Assembly: GCA_012295275.1 (NCBI GenBank) | Contig: CM022667.1 | Span: forward strand, 13,826,001 to 13,890,000 | Origin: Chrysomallon squamiferum | Taxonomy: Eukaryota; Animalia; Mollusca | Direction of reading: 5' to 3' | Length of the DNA stretch: 64,000 nucleotides | Shown here: in pieces, positions 1-12,901 of the stretch | How positions within the stretch are numbered: the first letter of the stretch is position 1 | Layout: each line of letters starts with the position of its first letter | Made by a program: the position numbers and the translations under genes | Notes under the pieces: model-generated | Told to the model about the DNA's origin: nothing | Database searches by the model: none | Seen by the model: the letters and a program-made list of their open reading frames with translations, nothing else

Positions 1-3000
1 CTAAGCACATTAATGTTTGCTAGACGAGCAAAAATGATAAAAAATAAGGTAAATGCCTCATTTTATTTTGAAATATTAAAAGAAAACTTGTAAAATTTCA
101 AATTAAATTTAAAACTCTAAAAATTACATGTATTGGTTCTTTAAGGTGTTAAGATTTAAAGTTCATTATGGTAACTGCAGTGAATACCTTTAGAATACAC
201 TAAGTTATCTCTCAAATTTCTTTATTTGAAAGGCCAAGTAAAACATAAAATGTGAAAATAGCAAAAAATACAGTAAAAATGTCCTGCTGATGTGTATTTT
301 ATATCATAATTTTTAATTTTTTTTTTTTCATGTTTTATGGGAGATTTGCATTACTGTTAAACAGTTTCAACAGTCAAAGTGCTGTTACTTTTTTCTTTTT
401 AAGGTTTTATATACATGTTACTAAACATAAAAAATTTTTTTTGCATTTTAGGCTGTTGTGAATCAGGACATGTCAGGAAATGTTATTCAGATGCAGACAG
501 AAATTCGCAGATTGAAAGACCAGCTCTTCAAATATGAATCACAACAAACCATCATTAGCAATTTTTCAGGTATTTTTTTATTTTAAATTATCAATATTTT
601 TATTATTAAGAAAAAATTAAGAAAATCCAAACAATTAAATAAAGTTGTCTGTTATTTGTCAAAATACCATGAAATATTTCATAAAGAATAAATATTTAAA
701 AACAAAAATGTGATCAAAGTTTAAAATTTTATATTTATTGATTACATTGTTCAAAGCTAATTAAGAATGTTTTAAATAAATAAACAAATAACTAATTAAT
801 TTGTATTTTATTTCTGTTTTGAAACAAAGAATGAGAAAGAAATTTCAAATATATATAGAAAGTTTTCTGTTATTTGTCAAAATACTATGAAACGTTTAAT
901 AATTAATAAATATTAGAACAAAAAAAAAATGTGGTCAGTGTTTAGAATTTTATATTAATCAGTGTCCCTATCCAAAGCCAATTAGGAATGTTTTAAATAA
1001 TTGTTTCTATTTTGCTCAGGTATTATAATTTTAACCTGTTTGCAGTTATTTTTAAAAAACGATTTGTGAAAAGTAAATTTAACAGATTTTCCAGGCATTT
1101 TAATTTTAATTTTAATTTATTATTTTTAATTTTAATTTTAATTTTAATACTGAATTTTACAGTGACAAGAAAAGATAGAGCTTCCTTCCAGTCAGATAAT
1201 TTAATTGTGAAATATTGAATTTTAGGGTATTTTTTAAATTTTTCTTTTGAAGATGTTGAAGATTTTGGAAGTGAGTGGAAAGACAACTTTTACGATGCTA
1301 TGAACTGGGTAGACAATTTGATAGCAGAGAAAAAGGTAAATCATTTAATTAACTGCTACCAAGAAATAAATCTGCTTATATATAAAAACATTAATTGAGT
1401 AGTTAAAATTTTCTTGAAATTCTGTCAAAATGATGAATCACCAGATATGTGAATCTTATTCTGCTTACTTTGTGAATTTTAGCTCTTCATTAGGATATTT
1501 ATAGTCCTGTCATATATACCAAGTTAAATTTTTTATTCCTTTTGTTGTAAATACATTTAAAGTGGTGTTACAAATAAATTTAATAATAAAATTCCATTTA
1601 TTTGTATTTACACATCACTATTTTATTTGGACAACTCATCGTAGTTAATACATTATTATGACAATATGTTAGATAAGATGTGATTGCAGCCATTTTGTCT
1701 CCTTTGCAACTGGTGTATGTTGCAAATTTGTAGCTGCATTTTTTTCCTGACATTAGAAAAATCTTTAGTCTACTCTTTATTTTTATACTTCATTATTAAT
1801 TAAATTTGGAAAGTAAAAAAAAAAAAAACAATTATTTGGAAATAAGCAGAAAATATTTAGATTATTTGTGAACTGCCAATTCTAATAATAAACACTGCCA
1901 AAAAAAAAAAAAAAAAAAAAAATTATCTATATTTGTTTTCAGATACTGCCAAAAGTAGCTTTCAATAATAAACAGCTCAGCAAAAATGAAAAGGATATAC
2001 TTAATAATTTTTTTATATTTGATTTTAGACACTGCCAATAATAAACACTCAGGCCTATACAAAAAAGGAAATATCTAAGTATTTGTTTTTCCTTTATTTT
2101 TCAGACGCTGGAGGAAACTGTGAGTGACTGTGAGAAAGTTCTGAGCAAGAAGGAGAAAAACTGCCAGACTCTGCGGATGATAATCAAATTTAGAGAAGAG
2201 ACTATTAAAAAACTGGAGTCGTCTAAAAATGGGATAGCACCAGATGAACGTGTTGTGAGTAGGTTGTTTAGAAAAACCTCTTTTTTAACAAGCATTCTTC
2301 AATGTCCTGTATACTTACTTGATTTAAAAAAAAAAAAAATGAAAAAAAAAAAGCACTAAACAATGACAGCAGTAATAAAAAACATTTTTCGATCTGTGGT
2401 TTGCTTTTCCATATGTTTAGTTTTAAAATTAACTCAAGTTTACAACTGAAATCATCAACCTATTTCAAGTTCAGAAGGATAATTTCATGACTATGTATAT
2501 ATAAAATAAATAAATGTTCCTATGATTGTTGTTATTTTCAGAAGGAACTGCAGAGAGAGCTGGCCATTGTGAGGGAGGATTCTGAACATAAGAGTCAGCT
2601 CGCTAACTTGTTGATGGAGAACAAATTACTGAAGGCAAATCTAAAACAACTCAACTCACTGCAAAATGTCACAAAGTGCCGAGCCAAACAGAATGTGCTT
2701 TGGGAACTGTTCAGAACGAGACAGACAGGTAAATAAACATGTGATAGAATCATTTTAAAATAAACACATTACAGGACTCTTTAACTGTGAAACTTCTCAA
2801 AACTGGATCTTCAATAATTGAGAATTCTGATTTCTGTAATTCCATAATATACGAAGTCTGTGAATGCAAAAATCTCAATAACTTCAGCAGCTTCCATGCC
2901 AGGGATTAATTCCTGTACTGTGAAAGTTCTCTCAACAGGATCCTTACTGATCCAGAATTACCCCTAAAACCAAATGATTTCAGTGATACTAAAATTTATG

Positions 3001-4009
3001 AAGTCTCTAAATTAAAACCTGAGTAAACTGAACTACTCTTCCATACCAAATGTCTTGTTTGTTCTCTTTACCATTAAGACGTTTCACTGTATGAAGTTAA
3101 TAAATTTTGGGTGTATTGAAACAGGGTGCTGTAATTTTCATAATAATGAGAAGAAGAAGAAGAATAAAAATAAGAATAATATTCATACACATAAAAATAC
3201 CATAACTCCATAAATACCTAAAAATCATACAATCAGAGACACATTTAAAGAAAGCTAAACAATAATTTTAACTCTTTAATACTATTAACACTTAATATTG
3301 ATATAAGGTTAAATGTGATGATCTACTAATTTGGTGTTGTTAATTATATTCACCACTTCATTATCATCACCATTTCATAAAATATTTACATAATATTCAA
3401 ATGTTGTTTGTTTGTTAATTAAGGAGATTCAAAAACATGTAGTCCTCAGGTGTCAATGACTGCATCAGGAACTGAAATGCTTAAAGCAAAGATTGTAAAA
3501 CTTCAAAATGAAATAGAAACAGTAAGTATAATTGTTTTGAGACAGATTATTTCACATCATTATAATCCATTTTAAAAAGTTGGGTAAGTTTCCAGTGTTA
3601 TTCAGAAACAATAACAGAAGGGTTAAGCATATTGTGATAACGTTTTTGAATTCTATGTACCAAACATTGTTTACTATATTTATAATATGTGTATTGGAAT
3701 GAGAGCATGTTATGCTTCAGATTTATTATTATTATTATTATTATTAATATTAAAACTTTTATTAATATTATTATTATTATCAATGTAATAGTTATTGCTG
3801 TTGTCATAATAAGTATTATTATTGATGTTTTAATTGCTAATATTATTATAGTTATCATTATTATTATTACTATAATGATTATCATTATTAATATTATATT
3901 CTTATTTTAATGTTATCATTAATATTTATTTTAGCTATATTATTGTCATTATTTTATTATTATTATTATTATTATTTTAATGTTATCATTATTACTATTT
4001 TAGTGGTTA

Positions 4010-4060
<51 letters not shown>

Positions 4061-4270
4061 CTTTACACAGTTGAAACAAACTCGACAAGAGGAAAAAATG
4101 ATGGCAGAAAAGAAACATCTAGTAACAGAGTCTGATCTTGTTGCTTCCAAAAAAATGGTTGAAGATTTGGAAAGGAATCTTCAGGCAAAAGAACTGACGA
4201 GCAGCATAAATCAGAGAGAAATGAACATGCTTCATTCCAACACCATTAGGGTAAGACCAATTATTATTAT

Positions 4271-4302
<32 letters not shown>

Positions 4303-4746
4303 CTACAAGAAGTAGTATAGTAGGGGTTTGGTTATTATTACTAATGCAGCTTGGGGATCCATTATTCAAAATTCCAAAAACCAAAACTTGTTCTGAGCAC
4401 CAGAAACAAGTGATATCTTACAGTTTTCAGATTGTTTAGCAGAGATATTAAAAATATTAGATAGAACAAATTTGAAGCACTTCCAATCTCAAACATTTTG
4501 AATACAGAATTTATTAGCCTGTATTACTATAACTTCTGGCCAGCATCAGTTATTTCATCATTATTAGACAAGAAAAGAGAAAGCTCTACTATATAAGATA
4601 CCCAATAGACATAATTTATATTAAAAAAAAATAATAATAATAAACAAACTAAAAAAATAAACATTTCTTTATATGTAATGAACAGAAATGTTTTTGTCTT
4701 TTTCTAATCATTAATTTATCTAACATTTCAGTATTATCAATGCTCA

Positions 4747-4790
<44 letters not shown>

Positions 4791-6478
4791 GTTGTTGTTG
4801 TTGATATTATTTTTGTTTTGATGTTTTATTATTATTTTGTTTCTTTTTCCACATACATTCAGGTAATGACGACACCAAAGAACGCAAGCAACAAAAAATT
4901 ACGAAACCATGCCATCCTGTCTGACAGCTCGATGTCCCCGCCCGAGACCCAGGGCGATGTTTCCATAGAGGAGGAAGGAATAATGGAAGAAAAGATGCCC
5001 ACCCACATGGCTGAGGAAGTCATGCAGGCTCTGACAGACGAAATCGCTCAGTTGTTGGTAAGCCTGGTTTTTAAGATATTCACTTAATATTATAATGTAT
5101 GGTAGTGTAACCGTCATATGTTATGAAATCACTCAGTTGTTGGTAAACCTGGTCTTTAAGATATTCACTTAATATTATAATGTATCGTAGTGTAACCGTC
5201 ATATGTTATGAAATCACTCAGTTGTTGGTAAACCTGGTTTTTAAGATATTCACTTAATATTATAATGTATCGTAGTGTAACCGTCATATGTTTTACGAAA
5301 TCACTCAGTTGTTGGTAAGCCTGGTCTTTAAGAAACTCATGTTTTACAAAATTTTACGAAATCACTCATTTGTTGGTAAGTCTGGTCTTTAAGATATTCA
5401 CTTAATATTATAATGTATCACAACGTAACTGTCATATGTTACGAAATCACTCAGTTGTTGGTAAGCCTGGTCTTTAAGATATTCACTTAATGCTTTATGT
5501 GTTGTAACATAACCATCATATGTTATATAAAGCCTGTAAGATATTCCATTAATGTTATAATGAAGATACCAGTGTTATGTAAAAAATAAACTATATAGTG
5601 TAGAAAAAGCTCACAAGATAGTCATATATATTGTATTGTTTGTTACCTAGTTTTGATTTAGATTACAAGCAATGTGATATCTGTTGTACTTTTGTTGCCT
5701 AGGTAATATAAATTAAGATAATACATTAATTAATATTATTATATAGATATCTGTGTTATATAAATAATAAACTGTTTATATGTATATTATGATAAAAGCT
5801 GACAGTCTGGTCATATAATTTGTAATATTATTACGTAGCTAACATAAATTATAAGCAAGCTTTTAGTGTATGTTACATCTGATTATTTAGATAATAAAAT
5901 GACAGCAGTAAAAATCTAATTATACCCTTATTGATAATTATGATAATAAATAAGATTAATAATAATAATACAAAATTCATACTAATTTTGATTTTGATTT
6001 TTCTTATTTATCAAATCAAACAAGACAGAATTACAAATTAATTTGTGACAATTTAAAGGTTTATTTTACATTGTTACTTATTTAACATTGCAACAAATAA
6101 ATAAATAAATAATTAAATAAACAAACAAACAAATAAAGAATGAATGAAAGAAAAGAAAAGAAAAAGTAATAATAATAATAACAACAAACACAATAAATAA
6201 ATAAAACCTATATTAATACTAAAATTATAATCCTTACAATATAATGCTATAATTTTAATATATTTTTGTTTGTGTTTCAGTCAATAAATTCAAGCATGCA
6301 GCAGAGAATTGATGAATATGAACACAGCATGATTCATCAACAAAAACAGGTTGCCCAGCAGGAACATCAAATAGAACAACTTGATCTGGTAACAAAAAGT
6401 TAATTCTCAGAATGAAGTATACATTGTATGTATGTGAGAGAGAGAGGCATATAAAAAAATATATCTATATCTATATTT

Positions 6479-6525
<47 letters not shown>

Positions 6526-9500
6526 CTGGATGGAGAGATAAAGAGGGAGGAAGGGTTTATAGTTAGAAAAAGAAAGATTATGATTGGAGGATGAATATAC
6601 TGGTAAATGGAAAAATAATACATTAAATAAATTTTTGAAATCTGTTATAAATTATTAACAGTATAATACTGAGGTGAAATAGACAATTAAATTATATTTA
6701 TTTTTAATAGAAAAATATTTCAAAAAAGAAAATAATAATAATAATAAAAATAATAAAAAAATAAGGTTGGTTAAATGTGACAAATAATCAAACATTTGTT
6801 AATTTTCTTTCCTTCTATTTTTCTTCAAATAAACAAATAATCTGATATAGCTAACTGAGATTTCTTTTACTAGAGGTGATATATTCAAAAAAATGATTCC
6901 ATGAAATGGTTTGATTTTTGTTGTTAGTTATTGTTATTATTAATTTTTTTCTTCCCAGATTTTACAAAAAGAAAGAGAAGACTGGAGTAACAGAGAAACA
7001 GAGTTTGCAAAAAGGGAGCAGTTATTGAAAGAAGCTTTGGCTTTAAATAATGTTAATTCAGATGGTTAGTATTATGTTTTATTTTTATTTTGGTTAGTCT
7101 CAGAATATTCCATGACATTTTATGTTATTTAATAATATAAAATGATGATTTTTTTTTTTTTAATCTCATTTATATGGTAACAAGAAATTAAAAAATAAAC
7201 ACCAAAAAACCAAATAAAACAAAAATAATAATAATATTAATAACAAAATCCCCCAGAAAAAAAAAAATAGATTTTATTCATTTAATACCAATTATTGTTT
7301 ATTATTTTTGTGATTTTAGCATCAGTTGGCTTAATATTTTGCTTTTGGTTTTTCTCAAAACATCTAAAAATAATTACTTAATTTAAGAACATTACAATTT
7401 ACCTTACTTGAGACATAATGATGTTTATTATTATTTTTATTTTTTTTATTTTCTAAACATTTAGAGGAATATTTCCATTTCTGTTTTCAAAATTGATCTA
7501 ATAATTTCGTTTTCAGCTTCTATGGGAGAAGTAACAGATTTAAGAATAATTTCAGTCCAGATGGAGAAGGAACTGAAAATTAAGAATAAAGAGTTACGAG
7601 AAAAGAGTGATGTTGTGTCATCATTGGAAACAAAGGTAAGTGACATTAGTTCATGTGTATGTGTGTGTGTGTGTAGTGATACAGGTAAAATCAATTTTCA
7701 AAATTTTAATATATGATTGTTCACAAAGTTTAGATTATGATTATAGGATATTTAGTTATTTTTTGACTTTTTGTTTAAATTAAGAAATTCTAATTTTTTT
7801 AACAGGTAGTTCAGCTTGGTATGACTGTTGAGAACCTCACATCCGAGCTTGATGAGTTGAGCAAAGAAAGAGACGAGCTGCTGGTTTGTTGGTTTAAATA
7901 TGTCACCCAGTGGTTCATAATTAACTGTCACTGGATTCTGACAAAAGAATATGTTTACCAAATTATAATATGTTCATTTGACCTGGTTTAACATGATTTA
8001 AAAAGAAATTTATTTATTTATTTATTTATTTTAATTATTTTTTTATTTATTTTTTTAATTATTTTTTTTTTTTTTTTTTAATTTTATTTTTATTTTATTT
8101 ATTTTTTATTTATTTTTTTATTTATATATATATTATTTTTTATATACTTTTTTTATATATATTTTTTTATTTATTTTTTTATTTATATTCATGTTTCATT
8201 TTATAAGATTTTCATTACTGTCTAATAAAAACAGATATATATATAAATTCACAAATCAAAAGATAAACAGACTCTCGATAAATATTAAAATTATTTCACT
8301 TCTTTAATCCTCATCCAAGTAATAAAGATATTTTAAAATATTCCAAACACGGTAACAATTAAATTTGTAAAATCTTTTTAAAAAAAAAAAAAAAAAGAAT
8401 AAATATATATATATATAATCAGTTTTTGAATGTTGCATATATCATCTTTAATTAATCATTTTAAAATTTCAGGAGAGACTTGAAACTGTTGAGGAGACTT
8501 TACACTTTCAAGAACAGTGCATTGTGGACCTGGAAAAAGCCTTGAAAGAAGCTAACGATGAGAAAGCAGCCATTAAAGCTCAATTGGAGGTAAGAAAATA
8601 AACAAAACATGTTAAAACTGTTATGATCTAGTTTGTTTTTAATATATTGCTGTTAGTTTATAGTCTGGATACATGAATTCTTGAGAACTGAAAAAGAAAA
8701 AAGAAAAGTATTATACTGGTTTATAATCTGGGTGAAAGTATTCTTGATGCGAAATTGCTAAACAAAAAGAAGAAGAAGAAGAAGAAAAATAATAAATAAA
8801 AGAGAATGTTCACTTGAATGCCACCTGTCAACTTTAAGAAGCAACAAATTCAGTTTGGGTAATGGTGGTTCATTGAGTCTTCTGTCTTTTTAAAACCTTT
8901 TGTTTTGTTTTATACATTAGTGGGTTTTTGATAATTCATAACTTTAAATATTAAATTTAAAGGTTATGTTAAATGTTCTTATTATTTAAGTTTCTGTTGT
9001 TTAAGGCTCTCACCCAGTCACATGCAGTTGTTCAAGAACAGATGGAGAAACTCAAACTCCAGATAGCAGAAGAAGATGAAGGAAAAGTAATTATAACTGA
9101 TTTATTCTTTACTTTTAAAAAAGCCTGTGTGTATTTCTCTGTATTATAAAGGATCTACGTTACTTGGTACATAGTACTGAGTCTTAAAGGAAGATGTAAT
9201 GGCTTTTTATTAAATCACTGTCCAGTCAGTGCTTGAAAAAGGCAACAAACAGTCTGATTAATTATATGAATTAATGGGGAGGTTAAAATAAAACAGACTC
9301 ACTTTGTTTTTATTTCCTTTTTTTTTTTTTTCTTTCTTTCTTTACATTCCCTTATTCCTTCTCTTCATATTTGTTCTCTCCATTTTTCTTTTACTGATTT
9401 CTATAATTATTTTAAAACTTTTCTTACTATATGGAAGACTTCTGTAATAACCTTTACCAAAAATCATTAATTTTTATGCTAAGATAAACTGTTAGTTCAC

Positions 9501-12500
9501 AGAAATGTAAGATTAGTCTAATAATGAGTTTTAAAGAAACCTAAATACTTTATCCATTAATCTTTAATTATATATCTTCAAATTTTATCTTTGGTTAAAT
9601 AAATACTTCACTAATGTTAAAGAAACTAAATATCTTTTCTACAGATTGTTAATTAATTAGCTATATATAATTTTATGCTAGGATAAACAGATAATTCACT
9701 ATACGTAAAATGTGTATCATCAAAAGATAAAGAAACTAAAATATCTTTTCTACAAATCATTAATTAGTTACCTATATTTATAATTTTATGCTAGATTAAA
9801 CAGATAATTCACTATATGTAAAATGTGTCTATGATCAAATGTTAAAGGAACTAAAAAAAATGTTCCACAAATCACTAACAAATTATATATCTTTTAATTT
9901 TATCCTAGGGTAAACAAATATTTCACTATATGTAAAATGTGTCTATGATCAGATATAAAAGAAACTAACATATCTTTTTCGACAAATCACTAACTATAAA
10001 TATTTACAATGTTGCGCTTGGATAAACAGATAGTTCACTAAATGTAAAATGTGTCTATGATCAGATGTTAAAGAAACTAAAACTAAAATATGTTTATATT
10101 CTTATTCTAGGATAAACAAATCACTAATTAAATCTATGATCAGATATTAAAGAAACTAAAATATCTTCTCTACAAATCACTAACTATATATATATATTTA
10201 TACTCTTACGCTAGGATAAACAGATAGTTCACTATATGTAAAATGTGTCTATGATCAAATATTAAAGGAACTAAAATATCTCTTCTCTACAAATCACTAA
10301 CTATATATATATATATATTTATTTATACTCTTACGCTAGGATAAACAGATAGTTCACTACATGGAGGAGGTGTCTAAAGCTGAGGCTGCCAATGAAGTCT
10401 TACAGAACATGCTGGTTGTCCAAGAACACAGTGTGGAGCAGCTGGAGAAAGAACTGAGTGAGATGAAACAGGCTGTGCAGTTGTCAGAGAAGTGTCGACT
10501 GGAAGACAAGGTGTGTTTGTTAATTAATACAAAATTTAAAAATTTCTTCCTTGTGACAAAAACTGTTAATTTCGATTAAATGTATTCTTCATTAAAATCT
10601 TAGTGAATTTAAATGTTTATTTCAAGCAGAAATTTGTGGAGTTAAAAATTTTGAATTTAAATATTTATTTTGTATAGGAATTTATGAATTTAAATATTTA
10701 TTTCTCAAAGAAATTTGTGAATTTAAATATTTATTTTGTATAGAAATTTAGGAATTTGAACATATATCAGTGTGTGTGTGTGTGTCTGTTTATTTTAAGT
10801 AAAATATTTCACAAGCCTTAACAAAAATTACCATGGAAACTAAATTTTCATATTTTCGTCCCAGGAAGCCATCCAGTCTCTGGTTGCCACAGTTCAGACT
10901 CTGAAAGCGGAACTGTCAGACTCAGAGAGTAACAGAGAATACCTCAGTGCTCAGTTCGACACTCAGCTGCTGAGGTGTGATGACCTGCAGTCTGTCAATG
11001 AAGATTATGCACAGAAATTAGAAATGCTACAGAAAGAGCTCGACAAGTTGGAACAGGAAAAACAGGAGGAGAAAATAAAGCATGAATTCGAGGTGATAAT
11101 TAGGAAACGGTTTAATTATCTTTTCTGGTTTAGAGGTATTTAGAGGGCTTATTTTTTTAGATGCAGAGTTTGTTTGTTTGTTTATAGATGTATTTAATTG
11201 TTTATCTGTCTGTTTACAAATCTCTATTTCTCAAAGTGTAAATAAAGTCCAGTTGAAAAATTTGTAAGTACAAGTTCATTTGTTTAATTTTGTTAAATAA
11301 CCAGGTATTTTGGCTTAATTTACTTTTCATGCAGATTTTAAACTTTTTATTTGTTAAATCATTTCTGTTTGAAACAGTTCTATGTTAGTTCATCATAAAT
11401 TGTATTTTTCCATTGATGGTTTCAGCTAAGTAATCAGACAGAAAGCTTGGATTGTTTAATGGACTCTTTTGCCAAACTGGAAGTGGAACTGCAAGAGGCT
11501 TACAATGAGATAGAGCTTCTGAAGGTAAATACAAACACTCCCTAAGTTACATAGATATGTAATCCTACATAAGCCAAAATACAATGAATGTCAGGCTGTT
11601 CAGTACCTTTTGACTGAACATAGGTGGATTGTCATTTGAAACACTGCATAGGTGAGAACATATCCCATATAATTTGACTTAATGTAGGTGGATTGTTCCA
11701 CTAAACATACATAAATTAGAAAATACCATATGTATTGGAAGAAGGACATGATATAAATTATTTGAATTAGAAAGAAAAGCCAGGGTACTGCTGCTTAAAT
11801 AGGTTCTGTTTGAGGTGAGGAATGTTTATATATTGAAATAAACACAGATAATTTTCTTCTGTTCCTAAATCAGACAAATATGATACAGTAAACATAGTAT
11901 TAATGTGTCACAGATTTAAATTTTAATTGTCAAATTTAAAAAATAATCCAGGAATCACTGAATAAGTATGGATCTACCTACATATGTCAGAGCATACTCT
12001 GTAATAGTATATGTTTGTGACAAGGACATGATATAAATTATTTTGAATTAAAAAGAAAAGCAATGGTACTACTGCTTAAATAGGTTCTGTGTATGATGTG
12101 CAGTATCAGTATATAAAAATTTATACATATTATTTTCTTCCATGTTAAGAATAATAATAAGTATAACATAATAAATATACTTTACAAATACTTAATTGAG
12201 GGTGTTATTTAAACCCAGTATTGTTTATCTGTATTGGCTATGGATAAGTTCTTCCATAGTAAAATACCTTTACCAAAGACCTCTTTGTGTTACTGTTAGC
12301 TGTTAGGCACTTGTATCTAAGCTTGCATAACAAAATCATTTTAATCTAGTTTACAAGTCAGATTTTCCTTATTAATACGAGGTGTACCTTACTTCACAGT
12401 GGCTTCTTAATGATGTAATAAAAAGCCCATTGTAAGCTTCTTTCCTTTTATAAAGAGAAAAAGAAAGTAATAGGGTAGCTCCTAGGGGAACAGATATTTT

Positions 12501-12848
12501 TTCACACCAGTATTTTTATTTATTTTGACAAGGTAATAGTTGTTTATTGGTTGAGTAAAATTGTGTTTGTTCGGTTTGCTGTTGTTGTTTTTGCTACAGA
12601 AGGAAATAAAATACGTAAATTAAACATTTTTGTCTTTGCTGTGCAGAAAACAAATAATCAACTGAAACAGAAGTCAAAAGACGAGGTTAGTCATTTTATT
12701 TTTATTTCTTAGTATTTTGTTTAATAATAACAATTATGGTATTAAAGTGTAATTATTATATTTCCTTTTTTCTTCTATTTTTATTTCTTAATTTTTAATT
12801 GTTTTGATGATTATTAATTGTTATAACAGAATTTTTTCTTCATAAACA

Positions 12849-12901
<53 letters not shown>

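Noticed and set aside
3598-3910. Poly-Ile ORFs on both strands (also 16172-16473, 12814-13240, 22624-22926, 25416-25893 and similar)
   Set aside because: They are translations of ATT, AGT and AAC microsatellites inside introns, with no splice or homology support.
5040-5527. Regularly spaced repeats here and at 9470-10380 considered as CRISPR-like arrays
   Set aside because: Whole units are repeated with no unique spacers, the context is a eukaryotic intron, and there are no cas genes.
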